Part shown: one piece after another, positions 31,932 through 45,210 of the stretch
Layout: each line of letters starts with the position of its first letter
How positions within the stretch are numbered: position 1 is the stretch's first letter
Origin: the human T2T-CHM13v2.0 reference genome, Homo sapiens
NCBI RefSeq assembly: GCF_009914755.1
Contig: NC_060928.1
Reading direction: 5' to 3' (one strand)
Length of the DNA: 64,000 nucleotides
Translations under genes and position numbers: made by a program
The notes under the pieces: model-generated
Told to the model about the DNA's origin: nothing
Database searches by the model: none
The model's input: the letters and a program-made list of their open reading frames with translations, nothing else

Positions 31932-33394
31932 CTATTCTGGAAGGTTAGCCTGGTAAATGAAGAGGAACTGAAAATCTAAAGCAGGATATATATGTAAAAT
32001 AAATATGTTCACACATATACACACACATACATATGTGTGTGTGTGTACAACTTACAACTAATTGCCTGATTTTAGAGTAAAATGCACATAAGCCTCATTC
32101 CAGGGCAGATTTGAGCAATTCTAAACGCTCTTTCTTAAAAAGTTCCGTTTAAAAATTCCTCCAGGAATTGTCATAGAGGGACAGATTTGGAGTAGAGTCT
32201 GCGGTAGTGGTGTTTCTGTTGCACAAAAGTGTAAAATCAGATAACTTGGTCTCCAATTGCTCTCTGACAAATAAAGCACACACACATGAGCACACATGCA
32301 CATATATCTTCAAAAATTATTCCTTACCAAGGATTATTTCAGTCTGAGTGTGCTCTATATTAAAGCCACACTAAAATTTTTAAGTGATAAATTCTGAAAG
32401 TAAAAGCATGAGTCCTCAGCATTGCTATAAATCACGCAGTTTTATTAAAACATGAGGTACAATTTCTATAGCCATTAAAGAATATTGATGTTCACAAGTA
32501 TTTCTGAAACTTTGATTCATAAATAATTTGCCTTTTGAGGACCAGCCTAAGGATGGAGTTGTTCTGTACTGAAGGCATTTTGTTCAGACATTAGAGAGTA
32601 CAAGTTGAATAGATGAGTCTCCGAGCAGGCATTTGGGCAGTAGTAATACATGATTCATTATGTTCTGACAGCCGGTGGCATTTGGGGTTATAAAAAGGTC
32701 TCTCAAAAAGCAGGAGCAACTAGGGACAAGACCAAGTGAAAAAGTGGTATTCCGGGCAAACGTCTTAAAGATGACAAACTTTGTTGGAATATGTAATGTC
32801 CTGCAAAACATAGATAAATCAATGTATGTCCTGAGGATAGTGAGAGAACGAATATTAGCTTGTGCCAACACACTTTTTAATCTAAAACATTTGAATCAAT
32901 ATATTTGTGGCTTCAAATATCTGCTGATCTTTTCTACTAATGGAACATGACACTAAAACTTAAATTTATCTATGACATTTAATAATGCAACCAAAATGCT
33001 ATTAAAATTTTATGCCTAGGGTTATTACTAATTTGTAGTTCTGGAAAGAGCAGTGAGATGTTCTTATCTAATTAATCTGAATGTATACATGATTGTTCCT
33101 ACTGTTTTATTAAATGCAAATTAACTGTAGAGTTGGTCAGAGAAAGAGGCCTTCTCTAACTTTAATAGCTACCCTATATTCTCAAAGAAACCACAGAACC
33201 ATGCAGTAATAAATAAAACTGAAAGAAAGAAGGGTTCACTAGCAGCTTCTATGGGATGAAGGGGGTTCGAAGACTTTTTTTATTGGCAAAGGGGTGAATG
33301 CAGCATTGCACTGTGACCTTTTGCTTGGTTTGGCCCAATCCATGCTTAGGAGTAGTAGTAAGGTTTCTTAGTAAGTATAAGCTTTGTAAGACGT

Positions 33395-33708
33395 CAGAAT
33401 TCTGGGGCTGCCATAACAAAGTACCACAGGCTGGGTGAAAGATAAATAACACAAATGTATCTTCTTACAGTCCTGGAGGGTACAGTCCAAGACCAAGGTG
33501 TCAGCAGGTTTTCTTTGTCCTGTGGTGTCTGGCTTGCAGAAGACAATCTTCTCCTCTTTGCAGGTCATGAATCAGATTGGATTAGGACCCACCCATGTGA
33601 CCTCATATTACCTTATTTACCTCCTAAAGGTCCTATCACCAAATACAGTCACATTCTGAGGTAGAAGAGGTTAGGGATTCAACATATGATGCAATTCAGG
33701 CCATAACA
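33395..33708 (-). mobile_element. MLT1B/C-like MaLR LTR, internally deleted
   Basis: gggctgccataacaaagtaccacaggctgggtg...ccaaatacagtcacattctgaggt...caattcaggccataaca. Confidence 0.8.
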
Positions 33709-35693
33709 GTAGACAAGCCCTGAGCTGGAGGCACATTATCACAATGTCACAGGATGTAATTGTTACCATCTAAAACTTGCATTGTGAACATTAAGAAGCT
33801 CTTCTTCTCAAATACATGTTTTTAGATATATTTTAAATCTTCATATACATTTAGAAATCTTTGTATGTGCTTCTTGTGGAATCTTAAATATTACATTTCC
33901 TTGACAATAATCACTCATACTTGCCTATTGCATAAAGTGATGGGAAAACCAAATGTACATGTTTCCTTTGTCCCCAAGTGCAATTGATGATGCTATGTCT
34001 AGAAACAATGCCTTTGTCTCTAGCCACCCTGAGAAAAATACACTGATTAGGCAGCCAACTCTACTACAGCATTTCCCAAGACATCCTTAAGAATTACTAT
34101 TCTGTGGAGTGCTGTATGTTGTTTCATGAGGAAATGTTCCAAAGTCAAGTAAGTTTAAAAAATGCCAGAGCTGAAAATATGTTAATTTATTTAGATATTT
34201 AAGATGCTTTCAACCAATATGCATCTCCAAGATTGAGATAATATCTAGTATCACCAACACTTTCTTTTTTCATTACAACAGAACAATATTTTCTTCTGGG
34301 CAATAATATTCTATGGATATGTGTGTGTAATATATGCCCTTTATATAAATGATACTTCACAAAAGGGAAATTGAACTACACCTATTATATATTTTCATGA
34401 ATACCTAATTTTCACAATAGAAGTACACTGATAATAAACAGATCTCTAAAATTATTGGATGGATGGCTGAATAAAACAATGGAAAATACAATGTTACTCT
34501 TTTTAAAAGAAACTTTCCTTGAGATTCTTCTTTTGTAGGTCTGGCAAATTGTAAATATCCAGAAAATATGTTTTATAATACATATAAAACAAACATTGCA
34601 TTCTAGTGGGTTTTCTTTCCTACTTGATGGTAATTTAATGGTCACATATACCTACAATGTGTAAAAATAATAGTCTGATACGATTTGATAGATTAGGTAA
34701 AGTCATGCAGATCCATTCAGATTATTATTTTATCTGATAGACTGGCAGATTAATCTTTAATGGCAAAAGACAGACAGTAGAGGTTGCAGAAGGTTAGACA
34801 GTAATCAAAAAATGCATATTTAATCAGATGAATTCCATTCAGGAACCTGCCAAGAACTGCTTTTACTTCTGCATAATATTGATAGAAGGCATGCCTGCTA
34901 TTACAATCAATTCTAGTAGCCATTAAGAAAATTACTGTGGGGTAAAAAATGAAGTCATAAGCTCAAAGGTTGGTACACTTGGCAATCATCTGACATAATA
35001 AAAACTGACTGGCTTTGCAAGAGCAAAATATGTAAGTCTGAAACAAGCAGACAAATTTTCAAGTTCATAAAATACCATAAGTACACGTGTCAGAAAATTG
35101 TTTACAATAAATACTATTTAAATAGTTTAGCCAGTTTTCTTCCACATAGTAAAAGGTCTAATCTAAAACTGCATTCAAGTGTAGTTGCTGTTTGCGGGAA
35201 AGCACAAGAAAACATTAATGAGTTTATACTCCATACACTGGATTCAAAGGTAATTAAGAGTTGTAGAAAAGTAATGTTATTTAAAAGCAATGTTGAAAAA
35301 AATGCTTAAATTATGTGATATTGTTAAAACAAGAATATTTTTCTTAATTGCCACCTCATTGCTATTTAAATTTCATGTATATAAACAATATACAAACATT
35401 TAGATGTATGTCACTTTTTAATTTGAATCCACAGATTAGAAAATGTTATTTATTAGTGTCTCAAATACTTCACATGGCTCAAGTCTTTGGCAAGGCCTCA
35501 ATAATAAATTATGGAAGCTTTTTGATTACAATCAATACATAATGCTACATTTTTTATATCTTCTATTTTACAGTTTACCATAAGTGAATAATTTTGTTTT
35601 AACAAGGTCATCTCCCTGGAGATTGTTTATTTCTTTCTCAGGCAATTAACCTACAATTGATGCTTCTATTTTGCATGTTAATGAACTAAGTTA

Positions 35694-35732
35694 TTTCTCC
35701 AACATTTTCAGTGTTATGGCAACATATAATAT
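35694..35732 (+). repeat. 39-bp perfect dispersed repeat, copy 1
   Basis: tttctccaacattttcagtgttatggcaacatataatat, identical at 37940-37978. Confidence 0.92.
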
Positions 35733-36017
35733 AGGTATTTGAGAAAGCTATTTTCAAGGCTTCTCATGAAAATATTATTTTTTATAAAATGAAATGTATT
35801 TTTAAGAAATCTTAAACACTATTTGTCCTACATATATATCAAATATGTGAATGTATTATGTAAAGCAGGTGACAACATTTTAGTAAAATTTGGAAAAACA
35901 CAATTGTTTCTTTGGATTATTAGTGTTTCATACTATTAATGCATTGTCTTAAAGTATACATCCCTATAATTATGGTTCAAATATTTACAACACTAACTCA
36001 AGGAAGTTTTAGTAGTA

Positions 36018-36328
36018 TAGTAGTCCCCCAAGTTTATTCATGCGAGATGTATTTCAAGACCCTTAGTAGATACTTGAAACCTAGGATAGTACTAAGCCTA
36101 TATATACTGTGTTTTTGTATACATACCTACCTATAATAAACTTTAATTTATAAATTAGGCACAGTAAGAGATTAACAACAATAACTAATATAAAAATAAA
36201 ATTATTATAATATACTCTAATAAAAGTTGTTTGAATTTGATCTTTATCTCTCGAAATATTGTATCGTATTATAACTACTCATCTATTTTAGGACTGTAAC
36301 TGAAACTGCAGATAAAGGGGGAATACTT
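36018..36328 (-). mobile_element. MER44A (Tigger-family MITE)
   Basis: TIR-like tagtagtcccc / gggggaatact with TA flanks; internal tttataaattaggcacagtaagagattaacaacaataactaat. Confidence 0.85.
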
Positions 36329-37507
36329 TATAGTTATATCAGATAAAAGATAAATGAGAATTCAGCCAAGCACTGTATGCTAGACCAAGAATGTATACTT
36401 TGTTGCTGAGTTTTGCAAGTAATAAGCAATCTGTAGTGAGGTGATGCAGCTGGCTTGGAGAACAGAAGCTGGACATAAAATGTTCAAAGGGTTGTATGGC
36501 TAGCTTTGGGACTGAGTGACTATGCATAAAGCCTAAAAAAAAAAAAAAAGAACAGGGTCAGTGGATTCTCAAGGTACGATGGATCATGTTATCTCATCTT
36601 CGTCACTTAAGGAGTTTCTTACATGTTTAAGTGCAGAGTGACTGATTAGCAAAGTCATGCGTGGAGCACTGAGAGCTTCACCATGCTGTTGCTATGCATG
36701 TTGTGTTGTTGTTTGTCCTGTGTTCTTTAATAAAGCAAAGCAAATGTTTATTAGTTAAAACCTGACCTGTCTCATTATTTTATTCAATGATGTGAAGTCA
36801 AGACCACTGCTGCCAGTTGAGCAGAGTGAAGGAGGCACTCAACAATACCTTTTTGATTAAACTCGTTTCTGCCAGTTGCTTTTGCCAATGCTGAAGTTTG
36901 AATAGGACACATACTATAAAAAAGAAACCAAAATTTAACGATCATCTGTTTCAACTCTTCTATTTATCAGGTAAGAAGAAAAAATTCTTACTATTTGTAT
37001 TCCTTCCTAGATTATATATACTTTCCAATTCTTGATCTCAGATGGCATTTGAGTTACATAATATTTTCTCTGCTCCTAAATTTTCTTTCCATAGAAGTTC
37101 ACAGTTTTCTTGAGATTTTTCTTCTCTATACTAGTTTTGATAGCATGTCAATGACATAATAACTACTTCTAATTAGGGACCATTTTATCTTTCTATGTTC
37201 TCTATTAAAAGGCTGCAAAACTTTAAATCACATTTCCAGAATCCCTGCAGCATATTTCCAGAGTAGATTTTACCTTAACAGGGACTCAAGCTATATTTGA
37301 AACACAGAAAAAGCACAGTCATAGCATTTTTATTCCTCTAGTAGGAGCAAGTAGAACTATGAGCATTGTTAGATGTGAAATTTTGCAGCTGCCCCTTTGT
37401 TTTTGTTTCTTTGTTTGTGTGATTGTTTGTTTGCTTGTTTTTTTCAAAAAGGTCACTGACCTCTAGTTGATTTAGTAGCTGATTTTGGTATCTACCATCT
37501 CTCTCCT

Positions 37508-37885
37508 TGCTATAGACTAAATTATTTCTCTCCCAAACACATATGTTGAAGCCCTAACTGCCAATGTGACTGTATCTGCAAATAGGGTCTCTGGGAGGTA
37601 ATTAAAGTTAAATGAGGACATATAGGTGGGGCCCTAATGTGATAGGACTGTGGGTTCACACAAAGAAGAAATTCTCTCTCTCTCTCTCTCTCTCTCTGCC
37701 ATGTGAGGGCACAGCAAGAAGGCTGCCATCTGCAAACCAGGAAAGGAGCCCTCACCCAAACTCCCTCATGCTGCCTTGCACTCTGATCTCAGACTTCAGC
37801 CTCTAGAACAATGAGAAAAGACACTTCTGTTGTTTGTCATCCAGCCTATGGTATTTTATTATGGCAGCCTGAGCTAACTAATATA
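37508..37885 (+). mobile_element. MLT1A-type MaLR LTR with (CT)n, probably nested in an older LTR fragment (~37200-38015)
   Basis: catatgttgaagccctaac...gccatgtgagggcacagcaagaaggctgccatctgcaaaccagg; flanks acatttccagaatccctgcagc and gaaatacctagagtg look LTR-like. Confidence 0.85.
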
Positions 37886-37939
37886 CTTCCTGAAAGCTAG
37901 TAAAAATCTGATTCTACTACTTGCCACCCTTGACTTTTG

Positions 37940-37978
37940 TTTCTCCAACATTTTCAGTGTTATGGCAACATATAATAT
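37940..37978 (+). repeat. 39-bp perfect dispersed repeat, copy 2
   Basis: Identical to 35694-35732. Confidence 0.92.
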
Positions 37979-38779
37979 TACCTTGAAATACCTAGAGTGA
38001 TTCCTGCATTTCTAAGTCTTGTCTATAAAGTCCTCATCTACAAACAGAGGCAAAATTGGATGGGTTCTCATGGATTAGGAATATTTCTGTTTGATGGTGT
38101 GAAAACCTCATTATTTCTCAAATGAAGTCATTTTCCTCCCACTTGAAATCAGAATCAGTACTACGAAGACTGATTTCAATGATCTTTTAAACAAAGATCT
38201 TTTATTAGGAAATAGATATAAATTTGCTTCTTACACATCTTTGGAGTATAAAAACCAGAGTTACAAAAAAACATGATAATTAAAGTACAGTTAGATCAAA
38301 TATTACATGGTTTGTAGACTCTGTCATACTTCTCTCATTAATAATGAGTTTAAACAGTAAAAAATAAATAAGTGGATATTAGAAAACTAATGTGCTCAAT
38401 ATATATATATTTGTTATTTATTCCATCCTCCTGCTTGCCTTCCATCCTTCATTCTTTCCTATTTTCCTTCCTTTTTTGATCCCCCTACTATTCTTATAAA
38501 GTGTCAGTGTGGACAGTTGGTCAGGAAATTCAGAAATCTCTTGTTAAACAGATTATATACTGTAGGGCCACTTCCTTTTATGGCTTAAGCCATACTATTC
38601 CAATGAATATTCCTTTTCAATTATTATTCCAAATATTTAGGTCATTCTCCTCTGTTCAGTGATTAACATCATCCTATGGCTAATGAATAAATGAAGATAA
38701 TTTTAAGTATTAACAAACAATTCTGATACATATTTATGTTCATTCCATGAACTCTGACCCTAAATGAAGAGATGTTGAA

Positions 38780-38935
38780 ATAGAATAATACTTTGAGTCA
38801 GACAGTCAATGTTTGAACTCTGGGTTCAATTTAGACAAATTATTCTTTCAGGTTTTGTTTTTGCTTCATCAATACGATAAAGCTAATGACATTTACTTTG
38901 CTATGTTGATATAATAATCAACTGACATAATATGA
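38780..38935 (+). mobile_element. MIR fragment
   Basis: ctttgagtcagacag...gtttgaactctgg. Confidence 0.5.
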
Positions 38936-38956
38936 GATAAAGAGATAAGCAGCCCC

Positions 38957-39475
38957 TGATAGCTGGAGATGATTGGGCACCAATTGTGAAGCTTTGGTGT
39001 TCCTAAGTTGTTCTGGCTTCCCAGCTAAGCCATAGTGCTTCTCAGAACATCAACATCAGACAAGCCCACTCCGTGACCATGATGGAGCAAGACAAAAATT
39101 AAGTCTACTCTGTAATCATGTATGAGCACAGACAAAAACAAAAATTTCTTCGTACCATGAAATTAATCAAATATGTCTCTCCAACACCTTTCCTGACTAA
39201 TATGAATAACAACCACAAATTTATCGATTACAGTTTTAGGTTTACTTCATTCCTACCCGCTTCTCCATAAAAATTATTAAGCAACCCAAACATCCAGTTA
39301 TCTTCTCCTCTGCCAATATCCAATCCAGAGTCAAGCCCCACTTTGTTGAACCCTTCCCCAAATCATTTAGCACAAATCCAAATGTGTCTTGTCCTTTATT
39401 GCAGTAAGCCAATCAACCTCCCTTTGTTCAACATCATGTGTGTCCCTGATAGTCTTCAACTAGAGGAAACTGACA
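38957..39475 (+). mobile_element. MER31-like ERV1 LTR
   Basis: aacatcaacatcagacaagcccactccgtgaccatgatggagcaagacaaaa; ends ...aaactgaca. Confidence 0.7.
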
Positions 39476-39589
39476 TGTGCATAAGCCAATAAAATATAAT
39501 AACATGCATAAAGCAAATAAAATATAATAACATATCACTAACATTAGTTTTATTTAATTTCCCTTTACATACCACCTAACTCGGTTAGA

Positions 39590-40800
39590 TAAAATGTTGA
39601 ATGCTAGACATTACAGAGTGTGTCCTTGTACTTTCTCAAAAACAATATTTTCAATATTTCTTTAACAGAAATATTTGCTATATGTTTTTATAGATATTTA
39701 TTTTCAGATTAAGGAATTTCAATTTAATTACTAATTCCTTGAGCTTTTCATCATCAATGGGTATTGAAATTTATTAAATAATTTCAAGCATGTGATTCAC
39801 AATGCATTTTTTCAGTGTTATAAACAAAACTGATTTTTTAATATTAAAACTTCCTTCAAATCCTGGAATTCATCCAGCTTTGTGGTGATGTATCATACTT
39901 TCTTAAAAATATATTCCTAGATTATCATTTTTTATTGTTAGTTTAGGGTTTTTATAACTATGGTTATGGATGAGAAGGACCTATTAATTTCCTTTATATT
40001 TTGTTACCAAATAACATTGAGCATATAAAATAAACTGGAGTGTGCCACTTTATCTTCTGTTATTGAAAGATCTGTAAACAAAATTAGTGTTTGAAAAAAA
40101 TCTGGGCCTAGGTTTTTATTTGTAGAAAGCTGTAAATTTGTAACTCTACTTCTACAAATAGGATTGAATTATTTAAATTTTACATTTCTTCTTTGTTAAT
40201 TTAAGTAAGATTTTTCTTCAGTATTTATCTAGTTCAACTTCATATTCAAATGTATTGACCAAAAGTTTAAAATTTTATTATATTTTTGTTTCTAATGACC
40301 CTTGTATTATCCTCTTCTCTATAAACGATTATTCATTTGTGCATTTCTTCTATTTCGCATTCCCATTATCAATTGTTTTACCTAACTTTTGTCTTTTGTA
40401 ATCCTCTGAATTGTATTTTTATTTTACATTTTTATTCATTTGTCCTTTTGTCTTTATTCTTTTCTTTGTTTCTTGGGTTTAATTTGTTATTTTCTTTTAA
40501 CTTCTTAAGATAGATTATTTGCTCACTGATACTCTACTCTTCTTTTTTTTTTACATCTAAAGTTTGCAGTCTAAAGATTTCTTTCTAAGCACTGTCTTAG
40601 CTTTATCCCATAAGTTATGATAACCTAGTATTTTTATTATCCTATAGTTTCATGTTTTTTTTCACTCCATTGTGATTTCTTCTTTGATCTGTACATTATT
40701 TGGTAGTATATTTCTTAATGTGTAATGATGTGGGGGATTTTAGTATCATCTTTGATATTGATTTCTAGTTTGATTGCATCATGATTAGAGACCATGGAAT
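39590..40800 (-). mobile_element. Old L1M fragments
   Basis: T-rich antisense L1 motifs: tctaagcactgtcttagctttatcccataagtt, ttgatttctagtttgattgcat. Confidence 0.7.
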
Positions 40801-42912
40801 GATTCACATATGAGAGTGGCAAAGTTACTTGTACAGAATGCTCCTCAGAGATCAGTTAAGATAAGAGATTGGTGATTGCTAAATTTAGTAATATGGAGTG
40901 TAGTCCTAACCTTGAAGCAGTGATCCCAGGAAAATAATGGAAGAGAATTGCTATTATTTGCAATACAGTATACTTATTCATAGTGATAAAATTACCTCAT
41001 TTAATTTTCAAAGCTATACTTTGTTATATCTCAATCAAATTTTAGTTTTGAAAGAAGCTTTTAGTATTTTTTTATTACTACTTGGAAACAGTATTTTAGG
41101 AAAATGTTTTCATTTTATTATTTAGATTGAGACTGCCTAGATTGGCTAATAAGGATGTTTCTTAATTTTTTCAAATTGTACAAAGATAGTAAGCCATAGT
41201 CAACTCTCAGAATTAAAGATCTGTGTTTTGCTCATTTTGTTGCATACTTTAACAAATATTTAATCGGAACATTAAAGAATCTAGAAATGTTCACTTTCAA
41301 ATACTGATTAGTGTTTCCAGTCAGTATTTTCCTGTATTAATCATTTTTCTATGCAATATCTTTGATTTAACAAATTCATTGATAATTTAACTCCTGTTCT
41401 TAATGAGCTTAGGACCTCACCCAAATCATAGTAATGCACAAAATTAATCAAGTATTTATTCCATAATGATGATTTTCTATGACCCAATATATGAGATTAC
41501 CATTTAATATTTGACTTACTTTCAGCTAGGTCTTCAATATTCTAACAAATGCTGTTTAATTTAAATTTAAACTATAATCGGGCTTATATGAAAAGTAAAG
41601 TTAACATAAGAATTAAAGTTAACATAAAGTAAGAAAACGCAGGCAAAATTAACACAAAGTAACTGTTCATTCACATAAAAATAAAGTGGTACATGTGATT
41701 CCTCTTAAGGGAAGTATGCAGGTGATAGAGATTCACTTAAGATAAATTTTCATACTCAGATAACAAATTCATCATAAATATTTCACTCTAAATGCAGAAA
41801 AAGATTCCAAATGAATGATATTGGATAACTTTTTAGAAATAGTGCTTCTATTTCCATTGCATTTATATTTGTATTAGTTCAACTAAAATATTTAAAATAT
41901 GTCAACAGTATGATATTGGAATGAACTTTTCTACTTTGGGATATACTTCCATCAGATCATAATTCTTCACTGGGACGAATTAAATTTATTATTTAAAAGT
42001 CTTAAAGGCTATATATTTTCAAAGTTCACACATACACACATATACTCACACATGTATACATACAGAGTAACAATACATTATGATTTCTTTCAAGTTCATT
42101 GGTCACATGCTATCATCAAAGGTATGGCTTTTAGGGGGTTGGTGGGAGTTTACTCTAAAATCAATAAATATTTGCACTTTTATTTCCTCTCTCTTTAATG
42201 TAGCATAATGAATTTTCCATTCCAATGATTCCATTTCATTGCATAATTAACACAAATACTATAGTTATCATATCAGGGAAACACAGCTGCTTATTCTCAC
42301 TGTTTCAGATTAATGTTCCATACACACATTCTGTCCATGATTAATGTAACATAAACCTTAAAATGATTTAAATTAAAATATATTTTCATAAAGTAAATCC
42401 GATCTCATTGTCTCTCCACAATTGAGAAGACCACTAATGGCCTGTAGGACAAAGGCTAAATAACTGCACAATCGAATAAGCAATAAATATCCAGGGAAGG
42501 TTTAGAAAGGGTCTGCAGCGTATTCTCACATAACACATCACAGTCACACCCCGAGATTCAAATCTGAAGTTAGAAATGAAAACTCAAGGATTAGGCAGGC
42601 TCTGAGGAATGTACCTGAAGTGACATCCATGCATCACTTACCTCAACTTGAAGAACAGCAACTCTAAAATTATTACATAGCAACTAGAAGTTTATTATCA
42701 AATATTTATTTGCTCAAATAATAATTCATTTCAGTGAGGAATTATTATCAGAAAAAGAAATATCCAAAAATATAATTGGGAAAAATCAGAGTAATAATTA
42801 CATATTTTTATAACATAACATATGCTGCATATACAATATAATATTGTAAAATATAATTAGATATCAATTAAATTTGAGGTAAAAAAGAAAATATATATTT
42901 TATATTGCATAT

Positions 42913-44309
42913 AGAGGAGTCTTCAGTAAGTTTATGGAAATTGCATATTATGAAAAAAACTGCATGGATTTCAAAATTCTTTTGTACCAAAATAAACTCA
43001 TATTCTCAGACAGAGAAGGTATGAAAAAAAGTAAAACATAAAATACAAATAAATAAACTGATACTAATTTGTTATAACATGTCTGAATAGAATCTAATTT
43101 GAGGCACTAAGGAGGATAAGGCATTGGTTTGCAAAGAGTCCCTATCAGAGCAACTTGAATTCTGCTAAAATTGAAGCACAAAAAAACATCAAATTGATGG
43201 TAAAACTTGAGTAAAAGAATAGTGAAATTACTGATGCCTTACAAAAAGTTTACAGGAACAATATCCCCCACCTTAAAATCAGCAACTTACAAATTGATAA
43301 CTTTCTGCTTTAGCAGAAAAGAACCCTGAAAATCTTCACTAGAGAGTCCTTCTTCACTATGAAAATGCTCCTGCTCATTCTTCTCATCAAACAACGGCAA
43401 TTTTGTGAAAGTTTCAGTGAGAAATCGTTAGGCATCCAGCTTAGAGTCGAATTTGGCTCTTTCTGACTTCTTTTTGTTTCCTAATCTTAAAAAATCCTTA
43501 AAAGACACCTGTGATGATTAATGTTAGGTGTCAATTGGATTGGATTGAAGGATGCCTAGATGGCTGATAGGTAAAGTATTGTTTTTAGGTGTGTCCATGA
43601 GGGTGTTGCCAGAGGAGTTTGACATTTGAATCAGTAGACTGGGAGAGGAAGACCCACCCTCATTAGGTGGGTGGGAATCATCCTATAGGCTGCCAGCTCT
43701 GCTAGAACAAAGCAGGTAGGAAAAGGTGGGATAAGCTGGCTTGCTGATTCTTCTGGCTCTCAGCTTTCTCCCTTGCTGGATGTTTCCTTCTATTCCTCCT
43801 GACCTTGGACATCAGACTCCAGGTTCTTTGACCTTTGGAATCTTGGACTTACACCAGTGGTTTGTTGGGGGCTCTCAGGCCTTTGGCCACAGACTGAAGG
43901 CTGCACTGTTGGCTTCCCTATTTTTGAGGATTTGGGTGGACTGAGCCACTACTGGCTTCTTTCTTCCCCAGCTTGCAGGTGGCCTATGCTGGGACTTCGC
44001 CTTGTGATTGTGTGAGCCAATTCTCCCCAATAAACTCCCTTTCATATATATGTATATCCTATTAGTTCTGTCCCTCTAGAGAACACTGACTAATACAGCA
44101 CCCACTTTTCTCTAGTTAAAAATGTAAAAAGACTGCATGGTAAATTCCCAGAGCCCCCTCAGTTATTTAGGGATGGACTCAATGATGGCTGATATCATTG
44201 CTACAAATGTGTCTTGAACCTGATGGAGCTTATGTTGGAAAACAAAATCCATATTTTTTACTTTTATCTTTTGATTCCATTTTTCCATGAACTTTTTGAA
44301 GTTCCCTTG
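42913..44309 (+). mobile_element. HSMAR2 mariner, internally deleted and split by an MLT2A2 LTR
   Basis: TIR-like gaggagtcttcagtaagtttatggaaa / tttccatgaactttttgaagttcccttg; remnant transposase motifs aatgctcctgctcattc (NAPAH) and ttggctctttctgacttctttttgtttcctaatcttaaa. Confidence 0.9.
43510..44097 (+). mobile_element. MLT2A2 (ERV-L) solo LTR
   Basis: tgtgatgattaatgttaggtgtcaa...gactaataca; 5-bp TSD acacc/gcacc. Confidence 0.9.
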
Positions 44310-44735
44310 TGTATGCATATTCATTTCTTAAAATGACTGTTAGAATGAGTATGGAAAGGCTTAATTTTAAAACTTCATGATAATTTTTTTCTTTTTCAAA
44401 ACTAAGATCTAACTGATGTACAGGGAAACCCTTTCTGTATTTGGGAATTTTCCCCACATTATCAGACTGATGATACTGTGCCCATCAACTAATTAGTAAA
44501 AAAAAGACCTATGACCACAAAACTGTATAATTACAAAAAGTGAATAAAAAAATTATAATGGTATTAAATGTAGCTTAAATACTGACCATACTGACCTTAT
44601 TAGTAGTGGAAAACTATACATTTATTTGATGTGATTATAAAATTCTGAATAAATTATGTCTTTCATAAAACACCTACATACATTGAATATGATCTATTAA
44701 AAAGATGTGCATATTTTTAGGATTTAACACATGTA

Positions 44736-45026
44736 GGGCAAGCAAGGTGGCTCACACCTGTAATACCAGAACTTCAGGAGGCCAAGGTGGGAAGATCACT
44801 TGAGGCCAGGAGTGAGCAACATAGCAAGACTCTCTCTCTACCAAAAATAACAAAAATTATCTGGGCTTGGTGGTGGGCACCTATAAGCCCAGCAACCTGG
44901 GAGGCTGAGGCAGATTACTTGAGCCCAGGAATTCCGGGTTACATGAGCTATGATGGTGCCACTGCACTCCAACCTCGGCTACAGAGCAAGACCTTCTCTC
45001 TTAAATAATAAATAAATAATAAAAAA
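44736..45026 (+). mobile_element. AluJ
   Basis: gatcacttgaggccaggag...cttgagcccaggaatt...gagctatgatggtgccactgc. Confidence 0.88.
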
Positions 45027-45054
45027 GTGTTACCTCTACTAATAGGTTTTTATT

Positions 45055-45210
45055 AATCAACCCTAAGAGGCATTATCACTGTTTTAAAGATGAGGAAACT
45101 GAGACTTAGATTATGTACATAGTTAACTCAAATCTATACAGCTAGCTAAATTGCATAAAAATGTAACAAATCCTGTTATTAAAGGCTTTGCAACTCACAT
45201 TGTTCTTGCT
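45055..45210 (-). mobile_element. MIR fragment
   Basis: ttttaaagatgaggaaactgagacttag. Confidence 0.7.

Noticed and set aside
32005-32050. (CA)n/(TG)n quasi-palindrome
   Set aside because: Ordinary compound microsatellite.
32660-32950. TATAAAAAG near 32688 and overlapping 91/95-aa ORFs as a small antisense gene
   Set aside because: The TATA lies inside the ORF, there is no CpG island or protein similarity, and the motif is common in AT-rich DNA.
41592-41663. Three aa(g/a)ttaaca(t/c)aa units as an array
   Set aside because: Short, degenerate and AT-rich; not CRISPR-like, and the context is eukaryotic.
43530-43550. DUX4 site in the MLT2A2 LTR
   Set aside because: The family motif TGATTGGATTG reads GGATTGGATTG here, so the core is mutated.
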